The position numbers and the translations under genes were made by a program. A model generated the notes under the pieces. It was not told the origin of the DNA, did not search any database, and saw only the letters and a list, made by a program, of their open reading frames with translations. A stretch of 64,000 bases of DNA from Dicyema japonicum (lineage: Eukaryota; Animalia; Dicyemida), in contig RDEW01000038.1 in the NCBI GenBank assembly GCA_011109175.1, forward strand, positions 7,616 through 71,615, given 5' to 3'. This document shows positions 23,348 to 35,830 of the stretch, piece after piece (positions within the stretch are counted from its first letter, which is position 1; every line of letters starts with the position of its first letter).

Positions 23348-25821
23348 TCATTGCTTTGTCAGTTCACTTTTTTGTTGCAGCAAAAGTGCTTCCAAGTGGT
23401 CAGCCCGTCTCAGTGCAGCCTCATATTGAGATTTTAAAGTGTTTACTACATCATCACGTTTTTCTATAGCCTTTTTAACCCTCATTTATGAGAACATTGT
23501 GCTTACATTTCGTGGACTTGTTGTAATTCTTCGTCTTTTGATTTCAAAGCAACTTCGTTAGCTGCTCGAATTCTTTCTATATCCAATTTAGCTTTGGTCG
23601 AAATTTCTGTTTTTTCGTTCACGAGACGTCTATTTTGCTCGTCGGTCCTCACCAATCTTTCGATAAATTCTTGTCTAATAACTTCAGATAGCCTGTCTTT
23701 TTCGTCATTAAAAACTTGCAGTTTCTGAAAATTTACTTCACCATTCTACCTTCTCTCGTTCTTCAATTTCATAATCCTTTTTATTGAGAGCCCCCTTCAG
23801 CCGTTCATACTCATCGCCAAGTTCGTAGTATTGTGTCTGCAATAATAAATTGAGTAACCTTGAGTTCGTTGTATTTTTTCATGGTATTTTTTTCACTCAT
23901 GTCCATTTCAGTTTGAATTGCCTCGTATCTTTCTCTCATTCGACTTGGGTTAATCTGTACATTACTTTAATCGATTTTCCTCAGTGTTTTTGTTCTCTTT
24001 TATTTGTCTTCGGGTCTCCTCTTCCAACCTAGCGATCGCCAACTCAATTTGTTGGTCTCTTTCTTGTCTTGCGTCTTCTCGAAGCTTTCTCTCACATTCG
24101 AGTAACTTACTCTCCTGTTGTTTAATAAAATTTTGACTCCAAATTTCTTTTTCAACATTTATTTTTTCAATGAATACATCTAATCTCGATCTACGATAAG
24201 TTTGGCAGCATTACCTCATGCCTAGATTGCTGATCTGTCTTTGATTTCTCGTATTCTTTTCTCAGGAGTTCTACGGTTTTCACGTGATCTGTCATTAAAT
24301 CAGCACGTTGAGAGTCTAGTTCATCCTTCATCTTTTTGTACTGACTCTCCAATCTGTTTTTTTCCTCTTCAACCTGCTGTAATAGTTTATTTTTATAGTT
24401 TTCTGAAACAGCCATGTCCTGCTCGTATTGCTTTTCATAACTTAATGATTTCGATTAATAAAGTACCTTCGCCTGGCTAACTCACGTTCACGGGCGCAAG
24501 CAGCTTCCTTTTCTAAGGATAACTGTTCTCTCAAATCTTCAGTTAATTTGACATATCTTTGAGAGGCTCGATCATCAGCTGCTTTTAATTCTGCTTCGTG
24601 GATTTGTTTTATATTTTTTATTTCCTGTTTTCGCTTGGCAATTAGTTTTTTGATTTCGGGCTCAAGGCCCTTTATAGTCAGTTCCTACCTTGGTAATGTT
24701 TCCAGACATACTTTGATTTTCTCAGTGTTCTGAGAAATCCATTTCTCCTGTTGTATTTTTCCAGATATTTCGTGTTTCTGGATTAATTTGTTTATCTCTA
24801 ATGTGTGACTAAAATTCACAAAAAGTGAACTTTTCATTGATAACAGTAATTTTTCTTGTGTATTTATCCTCGATTGACTTTAATTGTCCAACTAACTGTT
24901 CACATCGAGTTGTCAGCCTCTTCTTGTCTTCAATCAACTTTACTAAAAATATTCAGAATTACTTTGTCAATAAACGACAAGTGAGAGTTTATTTTCTTTT
25001 CGTCTTCATTTCTCATAGATTCCATGGATTTTATTGCTTTTAAATTAAAGTCGTTTTTCTGCTTCTCATACATTGATTTCTGGTTCTCCTAATAAGTAAC
25101 ATCTCCCATAGAAATACTAAAGTTTGCCTGAGGGTGTTTATTATTGACTCCTTTTCTTCATTTTCCTTCTGCTGTTTTTGAAGATATTCAGACATTTGGC
25201 TTGCTGTTATCGAAGCCTTTTTCATTCTAAGTTCATTCTCCTCGTTAATGCTGTTGGTGATTTCATTGTTCAGAGTCTCATTTCTCTTATTCATTTCCTT
25301 GAATTGTTAACTTACTTTTATACGGCACTGAGTTGACCCAAACGATCTGATTTATCAGAATCACTTAAGAATTGCATAACTTTGTTCAATTTGTCTTCAA
25401 TGTTTATGTTTTCTTCCTTGGTTTTGATTTTCGGAGGAATAAACTCTTCCTCTTTCTCCAATAATTTGATTGAGTCCATTATTTCTGAATTTTATTTGAA
25501 CACAATGAGGTTGTACTACCTCGTTCCCATTTTTCCTAAAGTAAATAATTTTGGTTAATACAGTGTCAACATTGCTTAGTAACTCGCAACTATTATCTTC
25601 CTCGCTAGAAAGGGAGTGATTTCCACCATTTAGATTGATTGCCCCTATGTCTATATACCCAATTTCATCATTTCCAGGTTTGACAGTTTTTGTTGATTTC
25701 ATTTGATTTGTGTTGGGATTTGATTTAATTAATTTCTCGCATATTTAATAGGAAATACCTTATCTGAAGGATTTGTGCGTCTCGGCTTTATATTTTTACA
25801 ACTAGAACTAATACTCGACAT
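23348..25821 (-). CDS. CEP131: Centrosomal protein 131 (AZI1)
   Basis: The spliced product has KGLEPEIKKLIAKRKQEI, RDQQIELAIARLEEE, LSEVIRQEF and YEAALRRADHLEALL. An in-frame ATG at 25821 joins via a 23-nt intron to the ORF starting at 25702. Stop TGA at 23348-23350. Confidence 0.93.
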
Positions 25822-25824
25822 TTC

Positions 25825-25838
25825 GTTGCCATGGAAAC
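25825..25838. promoter_or_regulatory. RFX X-box (GTTGCCATGGAAAC)
   Basis: Exact match to the GTTNCCATGGNAAC consensus, directly upstream of the ciliary gene CEP131. Confidence 0.8.
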
Positions 25839-26431
25839 ATTAAATTAATATTCGGTCTATTTTTTCAGTTTTGTAAATTTGAGTATTCTTAATTTGTAAA
25901 AATAACGTCAAGTAAAAAATAGGTTTCTATTTTATCGCACAAGTATTATTCAATAATTCAAAATCAAATCATGAAATTCATAAATTTTGGCTAGAGACCA
26001 GATGTAGAGCTATATTTGTTAAAACTAATCAGATTGAGTTTGAATTGGCTTCAGAGATTATTTCACCAAAATAAGTCTTGATTTTGATGATTCAGAGCAA
26101 TGTGTTATTTGCACCACTCCTTTATCAAAATAATTGGGAATAAGTTAAGTTAGCACCATTTCCCTAACGTGTAGGTAGCAGACAACCATTATAAAGAGCA
26201 TCGCTAAGTCAGGTTGCTCCCAGAAATCTTCTACGCTGAAAGGTATTCCCTACTTCTCTTCATCCAAAAATGGATGAAGTCCACGCTGTAGACGAACGAT
26301 CCCGAACTTCTCCTTCATCCAGAGATGAGCGATGTACACGCCGTAGACTGACGAGTCCCAAATGGAGGTTAGTATAACGAGGATTATAATATAATATATA
26401 GTTAATTGATAAATCTCTAAAAATCATTTAT

Positions 26432-28316
26432 TTATGAAATAATATGAAAACAAAACATATCGGTTTCCCCAACCACCAAAGGACATCCAATTATAGAAAG
26501 TGATAAAAGACTCGTGCATCCCTTTAAGACAGAAATGGCTGACTCAGAGCGGATGGCTATTAATGATAAACATAAACAAACGGTTATAGTTGAGAGAAAG
26601 TTTGGTAAGGTAAATCAACTCATCCGTGCCCTCACAGTCACAAATTGAATTTTGGGAGACATCAAGCACATAAAGAAAACGAAATATATTGAAATTCCGA
26701 AGTGATCTCAGTCCCACCCCACACAATGACAGTTCAGTAATTCCAGAAAAGCACAAAAAGGCAGATTCAATGGGCAATGAACTGAGAATCACATCTTTAG
26801 CGACAATCCTGGTTTCATTGACTTTGGAGAGATATTCGGCCGTGAATTTATCGTCTAATATATTATCAAATACTGACTTGTATATTTCAGAGATTCGTCA
26901 TTTGGGTAAGAATTGAGCAGACATTTGTAGTGTTTTAATATATCAGCCGAATACTTTGCTGGAGATATCCTTTGGAGGAGCCAATTAAGATTGAAAAGCA
27001 CATCTACCACGATTAACCCCCTTAGTACTCGTGCAATTTGGTTCAAGAGACAAAATTTCGTAAAGGGATTGGGCAGTTGTCTTTGAATGACGTGGCTTAG
27101 ACAGAACCCAGAAAAAGGAGTCAATCTAAAAATAACATCTCTGTAACCTGGCCCAGGATGCCATTCCTCTGTTATAACCTCACATTCTCCAGTCGTTTGT
27201 AATCTAAGAGAATATTCTGAGTAAAAAAGCGAAATGTCCACCATATTTTCAATTATATCATCCCCCAAACAGGCAATCTATAGTCAATATTATAATATAC
27301 CCACAAATCACCGTAAATGGAGTTTGAAGGGAGAGAACGAAGCTCTAGTACAGTCATCGGAAATTCACTACCATCGGAAAGAGTAGCGGTAACTCTCAGA
27401 GCATCTTGAAGTTGGGAGATCTCAGAAATTAGTAAAAACCTACCTCAGTCTTCCCACTCAGAAGAAATACCAATTCACATCTGATTTTGTCTAATTTCAT
27501 AGCCAAAGGTTTGATAGCATGAATTTTGTCGTCTCCCATCAACCATCTAAAATAAATCCAGGCGCTCTGATCGAAAGGGTCGGTGAATATTGCATTTTCA
27601 ATAAGAGAGAATTCTGAAATGACGGAAAGGTGGACCATTCTCGTAAATATCATCAGTTCGCTGAGAGGAGAGTAACACAGATCTGTAATGCCAGGATGAG
27701 TAATTAGAAAAGTTTTCATTGATTAGTTGAAGAGTGAAGTCGAGTTCCTGTTGGAAAGATATCCCCATCCAATCCACAATTCGTCGGCGGTAATTCCAAC
27801 AATGAACTTGAGTGAGGTTATATATTACAGTTCCGTCCATCAATCATTAACAACTGAAGGCATAGTTGAAGTTCTTCATCCAAGGACACCATATTTGATA
27901 CAGATTCCACAAGCCAAAGTCTGTGATGCCATACGGAGTAACACTTTGGGTTATTGGAGAGGCATTCTTAACAAAGTCGAGTTCATTCTGTACAACTTTT
28001 TGGGTCAGATCCTCACCACTTTAAATTAGGATCAAATCAAACTTTTTCAAACTCAATAACACATTTCTACGAATCTCCCATAACATTTCAACGTCCGAAT
28101 ATGCGTTTAACACACGTGCAGTCAACTGGAGGAGTTCAATGTTTCCTTCATTCTCCTGGCACTTACAAATGAGGGATAACTGCTACTGTTTGAAGAATAA
28201 TGCTCATGGCTTTATCAAATTTGTCGACTTTAATCTTAGCTGCTTCAATACTGACGTTAGCTTCATCATTTTGAGGTCTTCCATGCTTAAACAATAAAAT
28301 AATGCGCTAATACCAT
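26432..28316 (-). CDS. RABGGTA: Rab geranylgeranyltransferase alpha subunit (PPTA repeats + LRR); apparent frameshift(s) in this sequence
   Basis: M|HGRP start, NPKCYSVWHHRLWL, RNFHCWNYRR, NFSNYSSWHYRS, NAIFTDPFDQSAWIYFRWL, and a C-terminal LRR. One base is missing at about 27965 and probably another at about 27072. Confidence 0.92.
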
Positions 28317-28699
28317 CAACCAATTAATTATAATTAAAAATATTTAAAATTTAAATTAACTGAATAATGGATCAAAATACATTTTATTACTTATCTGGTG
28401 ACGTGGGACGGTGTTATAACTAAATTTTTATTTCTACTAGAACTTAGTCAATTATTGCAGACTGATTTAATAAAAGTAACCTCTCACCAATTGTTGCATC
28501 TATGGGGATCGAGAATGCTTGTGACCGATCATCGAGACACGTTCTGAACATGATGATTCTTGTACGAATATCCTATCACATTTTAAGATTTGGCTACTCG
28601 CTTTTCCGTCTGACCGCTTTGGACGTTCATTTATCATGTCATCCTACTCTCGTTATCGATACCTGTCAAATTAGGTTCCTGGAGGCTCTTTCCTATTTT

Positions 28700-29090
28700 T
28701 TTATTTTTCACCGAAAAGCCAGAAACACTTCTAATTAGTGACCATTTCATGATGCTCAGTATACAATTCCTCGACAAATGTAAAACGCCGAGTTATCCGG
28801 CTCACTGCCTTTGTCTTTCTATAAACCAAACAAGAAGCAAACCTACCCTCGGTGACAAAGTTCGGATTCTTCAATCCATCTCAAAGACTGATCTTTTTAA
28901 ACAGGGATTCTACTAATGCTATCAAAAGCCATTGACCGAAGCGAAGCTTCCTACAGCGAGAAGTTAGTATCTATTTGGTGAGCCTGCCCTATGGTAACCA
29001 TATGAATTTACAAGTCTATTTGAACAGAATTGGACAATCTACTTCCCCACTTTGCTTTCTCCCTTCTAGACGACCAAAAGACGGGAAACT
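28700..29090 (+). mobile_element. Decayed LINE C-terminal remnant
   Basis: LNRIGQSTSPLC segment, similar to the remnant at about 3600. Confidence 0.4.
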
Positions 29091-29156
29091 CCTTTGTTGT
29101 CCCAATATTTATATTAGCTAATTTGTTGAATTACATAGATATTGAAAATAAATTTA

Positions 29157-30318
29157 TTAAAAAGTAATAGAATCATTAGAGAATGCAAAGAGTGACTCAT
29201 CATACATCTCCCTATTATCATCCGATATGTTAGTGGGAACATGAGGGTAGTTTTGTTTTCTACAATGGACTCCAAAGTGTCCGCACCCATACAGTCCCAT
29301 AATTTTACAAATGAATGATTGGGACCAGGGATTCCAGGACCGGATACAAAAATCAAATCCTTTTCAGGAATAATCCTCCAAATCTAAAAAGTAACACAAA
29401 ATACTTTAAGACTTAAAACCCTGACAAATTCATTTCCCATATGTCCAGGCATTTTCGTCCCCTTAAGCATTTGGCCGGGCTAAATTGTAATAATAAATCA
29501 AACTCCTCTGTAAACCGCTCCAGCTCTTCTATGAAACTTGGTAGACCCATGTCCAGCAGGCCCTCCAGAAAACCCCCATCTCTTCATAACTCCCTGAAAT
29601 CCCCGATCAACACTGTCATTTAATATGGAAAATACAAACCTGACTGCCTCCGCATTAACATGGTGCCCGACCTGAAAATGATTAGCCCGTAGTTTTGCTC
29701 CCAAAGGAAGAGCGGCTTCAGGGGTCACTATGAAGCGAGTAATTTGGTATTTTGGTAGGAGACTGATTCGTTCAAACCTGGTCCGATATGAATCACTGAA
29801 CTGAAATATTAAAAGAAAATACCATTCTAGGATCCGAGGAAATTGCCCCAACCGTCTGTAGACCGTATTTTTTATACATGTATGAAGGTATATTAGGTCC
29901 AGCTTTGCACTTTTCTGGGGTCAGATAGTCAACAACGTGGTTATCCAACACCTATCATATAAATTTCAAATCTTACTTGAAGAACAGTCGTATAAATTAA
30001 TTTTCCATCTTTAAGCCATTGAGGCAAAAGACCTATTTTGGTGGCCAATACTCCACATCTTCTAGTCCTATGAGTTACCATGATTATCACAAACTCTGGA
30101 GTCCAGGTAGAAGCAGTGATCGGCACATTAACGTCTTGAATGCTTTGTTTATACTTAATGAGGTCATCAATGAATTTTTCGTTGTCGGAGGTGAGTGAAG
30201 ATGGAAGACTCTTGTATGACGTATTTGACGGAAGTCGGGGAATCTTCTTTCTTCCACTAGCTAGTCTTACAGATTGTATTATTAGATTGCCAGAAGAAAT
30301 CATCACATTGCGAAACAT
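29157..30318 (-). CDS. MRPL3: Mitochondrial ribosomal protein L3 (uL3m)
   Basis: [40 protein letters not shown] and KMPGHMGNE. The C-terminus MYDESLF...SITF* is reached in a shifted frame (stop at 29157). Confidence 0.93.
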
Positions 30319-30387
30319 TGTAGTAAACTTAAATATTATATTACAATTAATAATGATTTTTATGTTTTAATAAATTAATCAAATAAT

Positions 30388-31706
30388 TTAATTTCGATCG
30401 AAAAAGGTGGTATTGTCAACTACAATAAATTATGAAATATGAACTTTTTCTGTGTTTAAGCATATATCTTTTAACCAATATTCCTAATATACAGAGCATA
30501 AGTAGTGTAGCTGCCACACAGCTTACTATGATTGTAATGTAATTAAATGACAATATGATCCTGGCAGAAGCAGTTACCATCATTGAAGATCCTCTTGGAA
30601 CGCACTGAATTGACTGTTCTTTCTGAATTTTAGTCAATTTTAGGATATTTCCATATTCGTCTAGGTTTAACAGAGAAGATTACTCAGGGCAAATCCATTT
30701 GAGTACCATTCGATGGAAGGGATTGACTCATTATGGGAGTAGTACATAAAACAGTAAAATGTGCAGGATCCACCCACATGTGTGTGACAATCTTCGATCT
30801 TTGACAAAAGTTTGATTACTGCTTATATTTTGAAAGTACCTTGATTAACAATGGTATATTCGAATTGGCGTTTTTCTGACTGATATGAGCACTGCCAAAC
30901 TCCGGGCTTTAGAGGTTTGTCATATTCTCTCGTTTCAATTTTATTATTGTGGCTCCTGTAGTACTTAACGTCTGCCGGCCTGAAAGAATATTATCACTAG
31001 TAACTTTGCCGACGAGAAAAAGCACTGAAAGTATGCATCATCAACGACTACCTTTGATTCGATTGACTCTGGGTACTGTAATTCTTTGTATTCTACCATA
31101 CTATGAACCTCCATACCTTTGTTGTTATTTATGGTTATGCTGAATGATCTTCTCACGTCGGTGTACGTAAAGCATATGACTTCTACTTTAGTTGTATTCT
31201 TTGGGGAGTGGATATTGTACAAAATTGCAAGTCCTTATGAATGATTTTAGTTTCATTACCAGGTGATGTGTAAATGGACAGACTAACCCCTTGAGGGGCA
31301 GTGCAGATCTTAAAAGTGGTTTTAGAGTCAAGAAATGTTATTCGGAGACTCTCATTAGGTGCAACAGTATAGTTTTGAGGATTCTCTTGCGACTCGTCTT
31401 TGAATAAACTTTAAACCTAACCTGCTTCTCCGCTAAGGGAGGAAGGGCCTATCAATCTGCTGCATTTGTTTTCGGCCTCACAGTGAGACGTTTGATTGTC
31501 ATGATGTACCAGTCTTGTAGTATAATCATTGCCATCACTACTATAAAATAATAATAAACATGTGCAGTCTAAATGTTCGGCAGTCTTTCAATAATTTCTG
31601 AGAACTCATAAGGGGAACATTAAAACTGAGCACTGAACAGCCTAAAAATTATAAATTATTTTTTCAAACTTGCAGTGAAAGATATTATTACTGTTAACGC
31701 TATCAT
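30388..31706 (-). CDS. Type I membrane protein with signal peptide, Ig-like domains and one TM helix
   Basis: The hand-spliced frame runs from MIALTVIISFTASC. It includes Ig-like GSCTFYC...PSIEWYSNG...GNILKLTKI...IQC, an upstream GVWQC, the TM IIVSCVAATLLMLCILGILV followed by KRY, and stop TAA at 30388-30390. Confidence 0.72.
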
Positions 31707-31789
31707 CTATCTTTCATAATATTATCCATTTTATAGTATTCTCTTAAATTTAATTCTATTCTTTTTCATTGTTTATTCAAAAACAATGA

Positions 31790-33431
31790 GAAATATGGAG
31801 AAGCACTGCAGAACCTCGCGCCTGTTGAGGACTACCGGAATCACTTAATTAGTTGATTTAACTCCTTTCTTGGTGTTCCTTTTTTCGTGGCTAAATAATA
31901 ATAAATCCAACTATTTTCGACCAGGGTTAAAAAACACCAAAAAGAACCATTTTATCTTTTCCGTCGTTTCTTTAAGGACATTTTGGCGATAACCATCTTG
32001 TGATCGCTGTCAATTATAGACCCTCCATAAGCACGGGCATCAGTGACAATACTGCGGTCTTTTTGTCCGCAAATAATGTAGTCTATTTGGTTGTAGATTT
32101 TCTCAATGCTTCCGTTAGGCTTAGTTCTATTGCCTGACCAAGTTGTCCTGTGTCTTGCCGAGTGGATAAAGGCCGTGTTGCAAAGGAATAGGTTATTTGC
32201 TTGACAAAAGCTGACTAACAAGGTTCCTGCAATGTCCTTTTCCCCCTTCCATGTATGAACGGAACGGAAAAATTTTTATTAGGCAAAAACAAATAGTTAG
32301 AAATTAGGGAAGAACTAGACTAAGTACCCTTTCACCGCCTTGCGGCAGCGTTTTCGTGGCATCACTTTCGTCTTCCCCGTGCCTCCTTCTTTAATTTATT
32401 TTTAAGATCTTTTTAATTACTTCCTCCGGGTCCTTAAAATCCGGATATCCTCTTTCAGGCAGCGGCGCTCTATAAGACAATCCTATAGAATACCGTATTG
32501 CCCGCCGCCGAACCTTCCTCAAGTTGGTGAGGCACTTTTCGCGTTCCTCGCTGCAATACCAGGAGTGCGCACCATAGGTGAGCATAGGCAGCACCATGGC
32601 GTGAACACTTTGGCCCAGGCATCGCGACTCAGCTGAAAAGCCCTCAACGCTCCTAGTCTTTGCACAGCCCGCCTCTTAACGAGGGCGGTGTGCTCCTCGA
32701 AACTACACTTGGAGTTGAATGTCACTCCAAGGTAGCTCGTCCGCCCAGTAACCTCTATAGGTACCCCATAGATGGTTACTCTAGGTATTAAATTATTAGA
32801 CCGCTTAGGGCGGCCAAAAACTAACAACTTGCATTTCTCAGGTCTCAGCCTGAGTCCTCTGCTCCCACACCAGCGTATGATTTCATTGACAGCTACTTGA
32901 ATCCTCCGACACGCTACATCTGGTTTCCACGAGTGATCCCAGAGTACTATGTCGTCCGCATAGATAGAAATATGGAGAAGCACTGCAGAACCCTCGCGCC
33001 TGTTGAAGACAACCGGAATCACTTAATTAGTTGATTTAACTCCTTTCTTGGTGTTCCTTTTTTCGTGGCTAGATAATAATAAATCCAACTATTTTCGACC
33101 AGCGTTAAAAAACATCAAAAAGAACCATTTTATCTTTTCCGTCGTTTCTTTAAGGACATTTTGGCGATAACCATCTTGTGATCGCTGTCAATTATAGACC
33201 CTCCATAAGCACGGGCATCAGTGACAATACTGCGGTCTTTTTGTCCGCAAATAATGTAGTCTATTTGGTTGTAGATTTTCTCAATGCTTCCGTCAAGCTT
33301 AGTTCTATTTCCTGACCAAGTTGTCCTCTGTCTTGCCGAGTGCATAAAGGCCGTGTTACAAAGGAATAGGTTATTTGCTTGACAAAAGCTGACTAACAAG
33401 GTTCCTGCAATGTCTTTTCCCCCTTCCATGT
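31790..33431. repeat. About 465-bp direct duplication (31790-32254 and 32967-33431)
   Basis: Near-identical sequence at a 1177-bp offset. The two ORFs 31952-32221 and 33130-33438 are nearly identical. Confidence 0.95.
32330..33010 (-). mobile_element. GC-richer LINE RT 3' portion (I/Jockey-like)
   Basis: ISIYADDIVLW, LRPEKCKLL, SYLGVTF and VLPMLTYG. Confidence 0.85.
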
Positions 33432-33992
33432 CTTCCAATGAATGATTCTTTTATAGTGATCTGATTTCCAATTTTTGCATTAAGATCACCGGCAATCAAT
33501 ATTAATGTGAAATTTGCATAATTGGAATATACATCAGACAGATTCGCATAAAAGTCGTCAATCTCCTCGGGTTTCTTATTGATCCATCCACTATGTGGAG
33601 CATATGCGTTAATAATAGTAAGATAACTCTTCGGAGAGTTATGATCGTCCACTGTTATTTGTAAAATCCCAATCCTTTCATTGATAGTCCAGTAACGGTA
33701 TATGCGCCGGAATAGGTCTTTCTTACAGCGAATCCAAGTCCGTAATGTTTTGATCCCCCGGAGAGAAATATTAACATAAACTTTCCGTGTTGTTCTTCAA
33801 ACTCCTTTGATATTTTGGTCTCTTGGAGACATCCGATTGATATCTTATATTTTGAAAAGTCTTCACAAAGTTCTTTTATTTTCCATGCACTAGAGAGTCC
33901 TCTGACATTGTACGTTAAAAGAGACAAGTCCTTTAGATTGCAATTTTCGTGTTTTTCAGACATAACTTTCAAGATGGGACGTCACACCTCAA
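33130..33992 (-). mobile_element. RTE LINE 5' portion (APE endonuclease)
   Basis: LLTYNVRGL, CLQETK, IINAYAPH, AGDLNAKIG, NQIDYII and SDHKMV. Confidence 0.9.
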
Positions 33993-34684
33993 CCCTGATC
34001 TACTCTAATAAATATAAAATGTTTAAATCAAAGGCTCACAACCTTCATCAAAGCAAATAAAGAAAACTTTTGGGAACAAATCTTATCTATTGGACGAGTT
34101 ACTTTTTTAACGTCTTTTTATTGTCGTACACATGTGATCATGTCAAAGGTTCCCAACTAAGCGGTTCCATTTGTGCCTATGAGATTCTTGGATTAAATGA
34201 ACGCAAGAGACTTATCTGACCAGTGTCGTTTTTATGAGTTTCTTTTCCAGATAAGGAGCAGAACGAAGGAGGGCGGATTCGGGTTAAACTGTCATATAGG
34301 ATGATAAAGAAGTGTATAGCCTATCTACTTCCAATTATTTATATCAGTTTTTTGCAGACGCGGGAAAACTGTTGAAGTTAAGAAAACTTTACGCCCATTC
34401 CTAGAGCAAGGCACAGAGTGATTAATTGAATCCGCTGGATATTCAGTACAACTGGAGCTGTTCGAACTGGGAAACACAAACAAAAAGCCCGATGCGACGA
34501 CTCTTTTCCTATGGAAGGGTGGGAAAATACCGTCCATATGATACCATTTGTATCGATGGCTTTTCTTTTTCAAAACTCACAATGACAGCAACTTAACCAG
34601 GATCGACCGCAGCGAGAGCCGAAACCATATTTCCGTCGCAGCTGAAACCTAAGAAATTCTATTATCCAAATCGTTTTCCTTTGG

Positions 34685-35080
34685 TTGAGGTGGTGACGTC
34701 CCTCAATTGCACGTATGTCTAAAACACACGCACTTATCAAAAACCAAGACCTACACACAGTTTATAAATTGAAGAACTTGGATGCAATGATCACTAAGAC
34801 GGATGAATCATGCCGTTCATGTTTACAATACTATGGAATCATACTTCCTCTGCTCAGAGGTTTTTAGAAGGAAGCCACGAACAACTTTGCCATCAATATT
34901 GAATATCGATATAAAAATGTTAAAATAACCTAGAAGACGCAGATGATCCAGAAAGCCTCCGAAAATTCAGTTTCGAGAAGAGCATGGAGGAGTCTAATAG
35001 ACCGGATCATCCGGTGGAGGGTGACACAAGCGAGGGAAGGATATAACTTTCTTATTGCGAATGTGCATTATAATAATAAA
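34685..35080 (+). mobile_element. Internally deleted mini-RTE retaining both ends
   Basis: The 5' hairpin and ATG TCT AAA ACA CAC (as in the RTE at 7668) are fused directly to the C-terminal KNQDLHTV...RRAWRSLIDRI region and a (TAA)n tail. Confidence 0.7.
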
Positions 35081-35379
35081 TCCCCTACGTGCCATCGAGT
35101 CGTTGATTGCAAAAAGGAGGGATAGTCGAAAAGAGAGATGGTTGATTGAACACATTTCCATGCAAATCGTAAGAGGAATGCGAACTCAATCACTAGATCC
35201 GCATACTGGCTTATAACACTTTGGAAGTTTAATGAAATGAAAAATTCAAAAGACCATGGTAACACTAAACTCCTCGCTCACCCTCCTTTGAGGCCACACA
35301 AGCACGTATCGGCAGTATAACTGGATGCAGTTACATGGGTATTCCGCTCGGTTCTTACGGATTAGGGATTCCAGAGACA

Positions 35380-35830
35380 TTAAAGATGGGACCTTTCAGG
35401 AAGTCCATCACTCAGTAACCTTAGAAGCCCTTTTCTGGCTAGCTATGATTTTCAAGATTTTATTTAGGAAATGACCTCAAATGCGTAAGAAATGCATGGC
35501 TCAGTTTCAAAAATAGAGTGATTTCCGATCTTCCATAACCTCGATAGACATTTCGGCACGTTAGTCTTCCTTTCGCATTTTGTTACCACATTTTCAATGA
35601 GGCAGAATGACATGTGTATGTCAAAAATCACCCAATGGTTCGTCCGTTTTCCTAGTCTCTTGTCTGATGTGAAAAGAGTTATTATACTTTTCAGTACTGG
35701 CCGACATGCGGTTCTTCAATAACCATTCGTTAAGACGATCCAGGGTTTGTTACAATCTCTAAGTAGCAGTCTGGATGTCCCGATCGCTTAAAGCTATGTC
35801 GATGTCGTCAACATAAGTGAGAAATATATC
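35380..35830 (-). mobile_element. LINE RT remnant
   Basis: YVDDIDIA motif and similarity to 100-520. Confidence 0.65.

Noticed and set aside
26860-26900. A third RABGGTA frameshift
   Set aside because: Explained by a normal 23-nt intron (gtcagtatttgataatatattag).
31541-31559. Record 19-nt intron
   Set aside because: A tandem acceptor 3 nt further gives an in-frame 22-nt intron, which fits the usual size.
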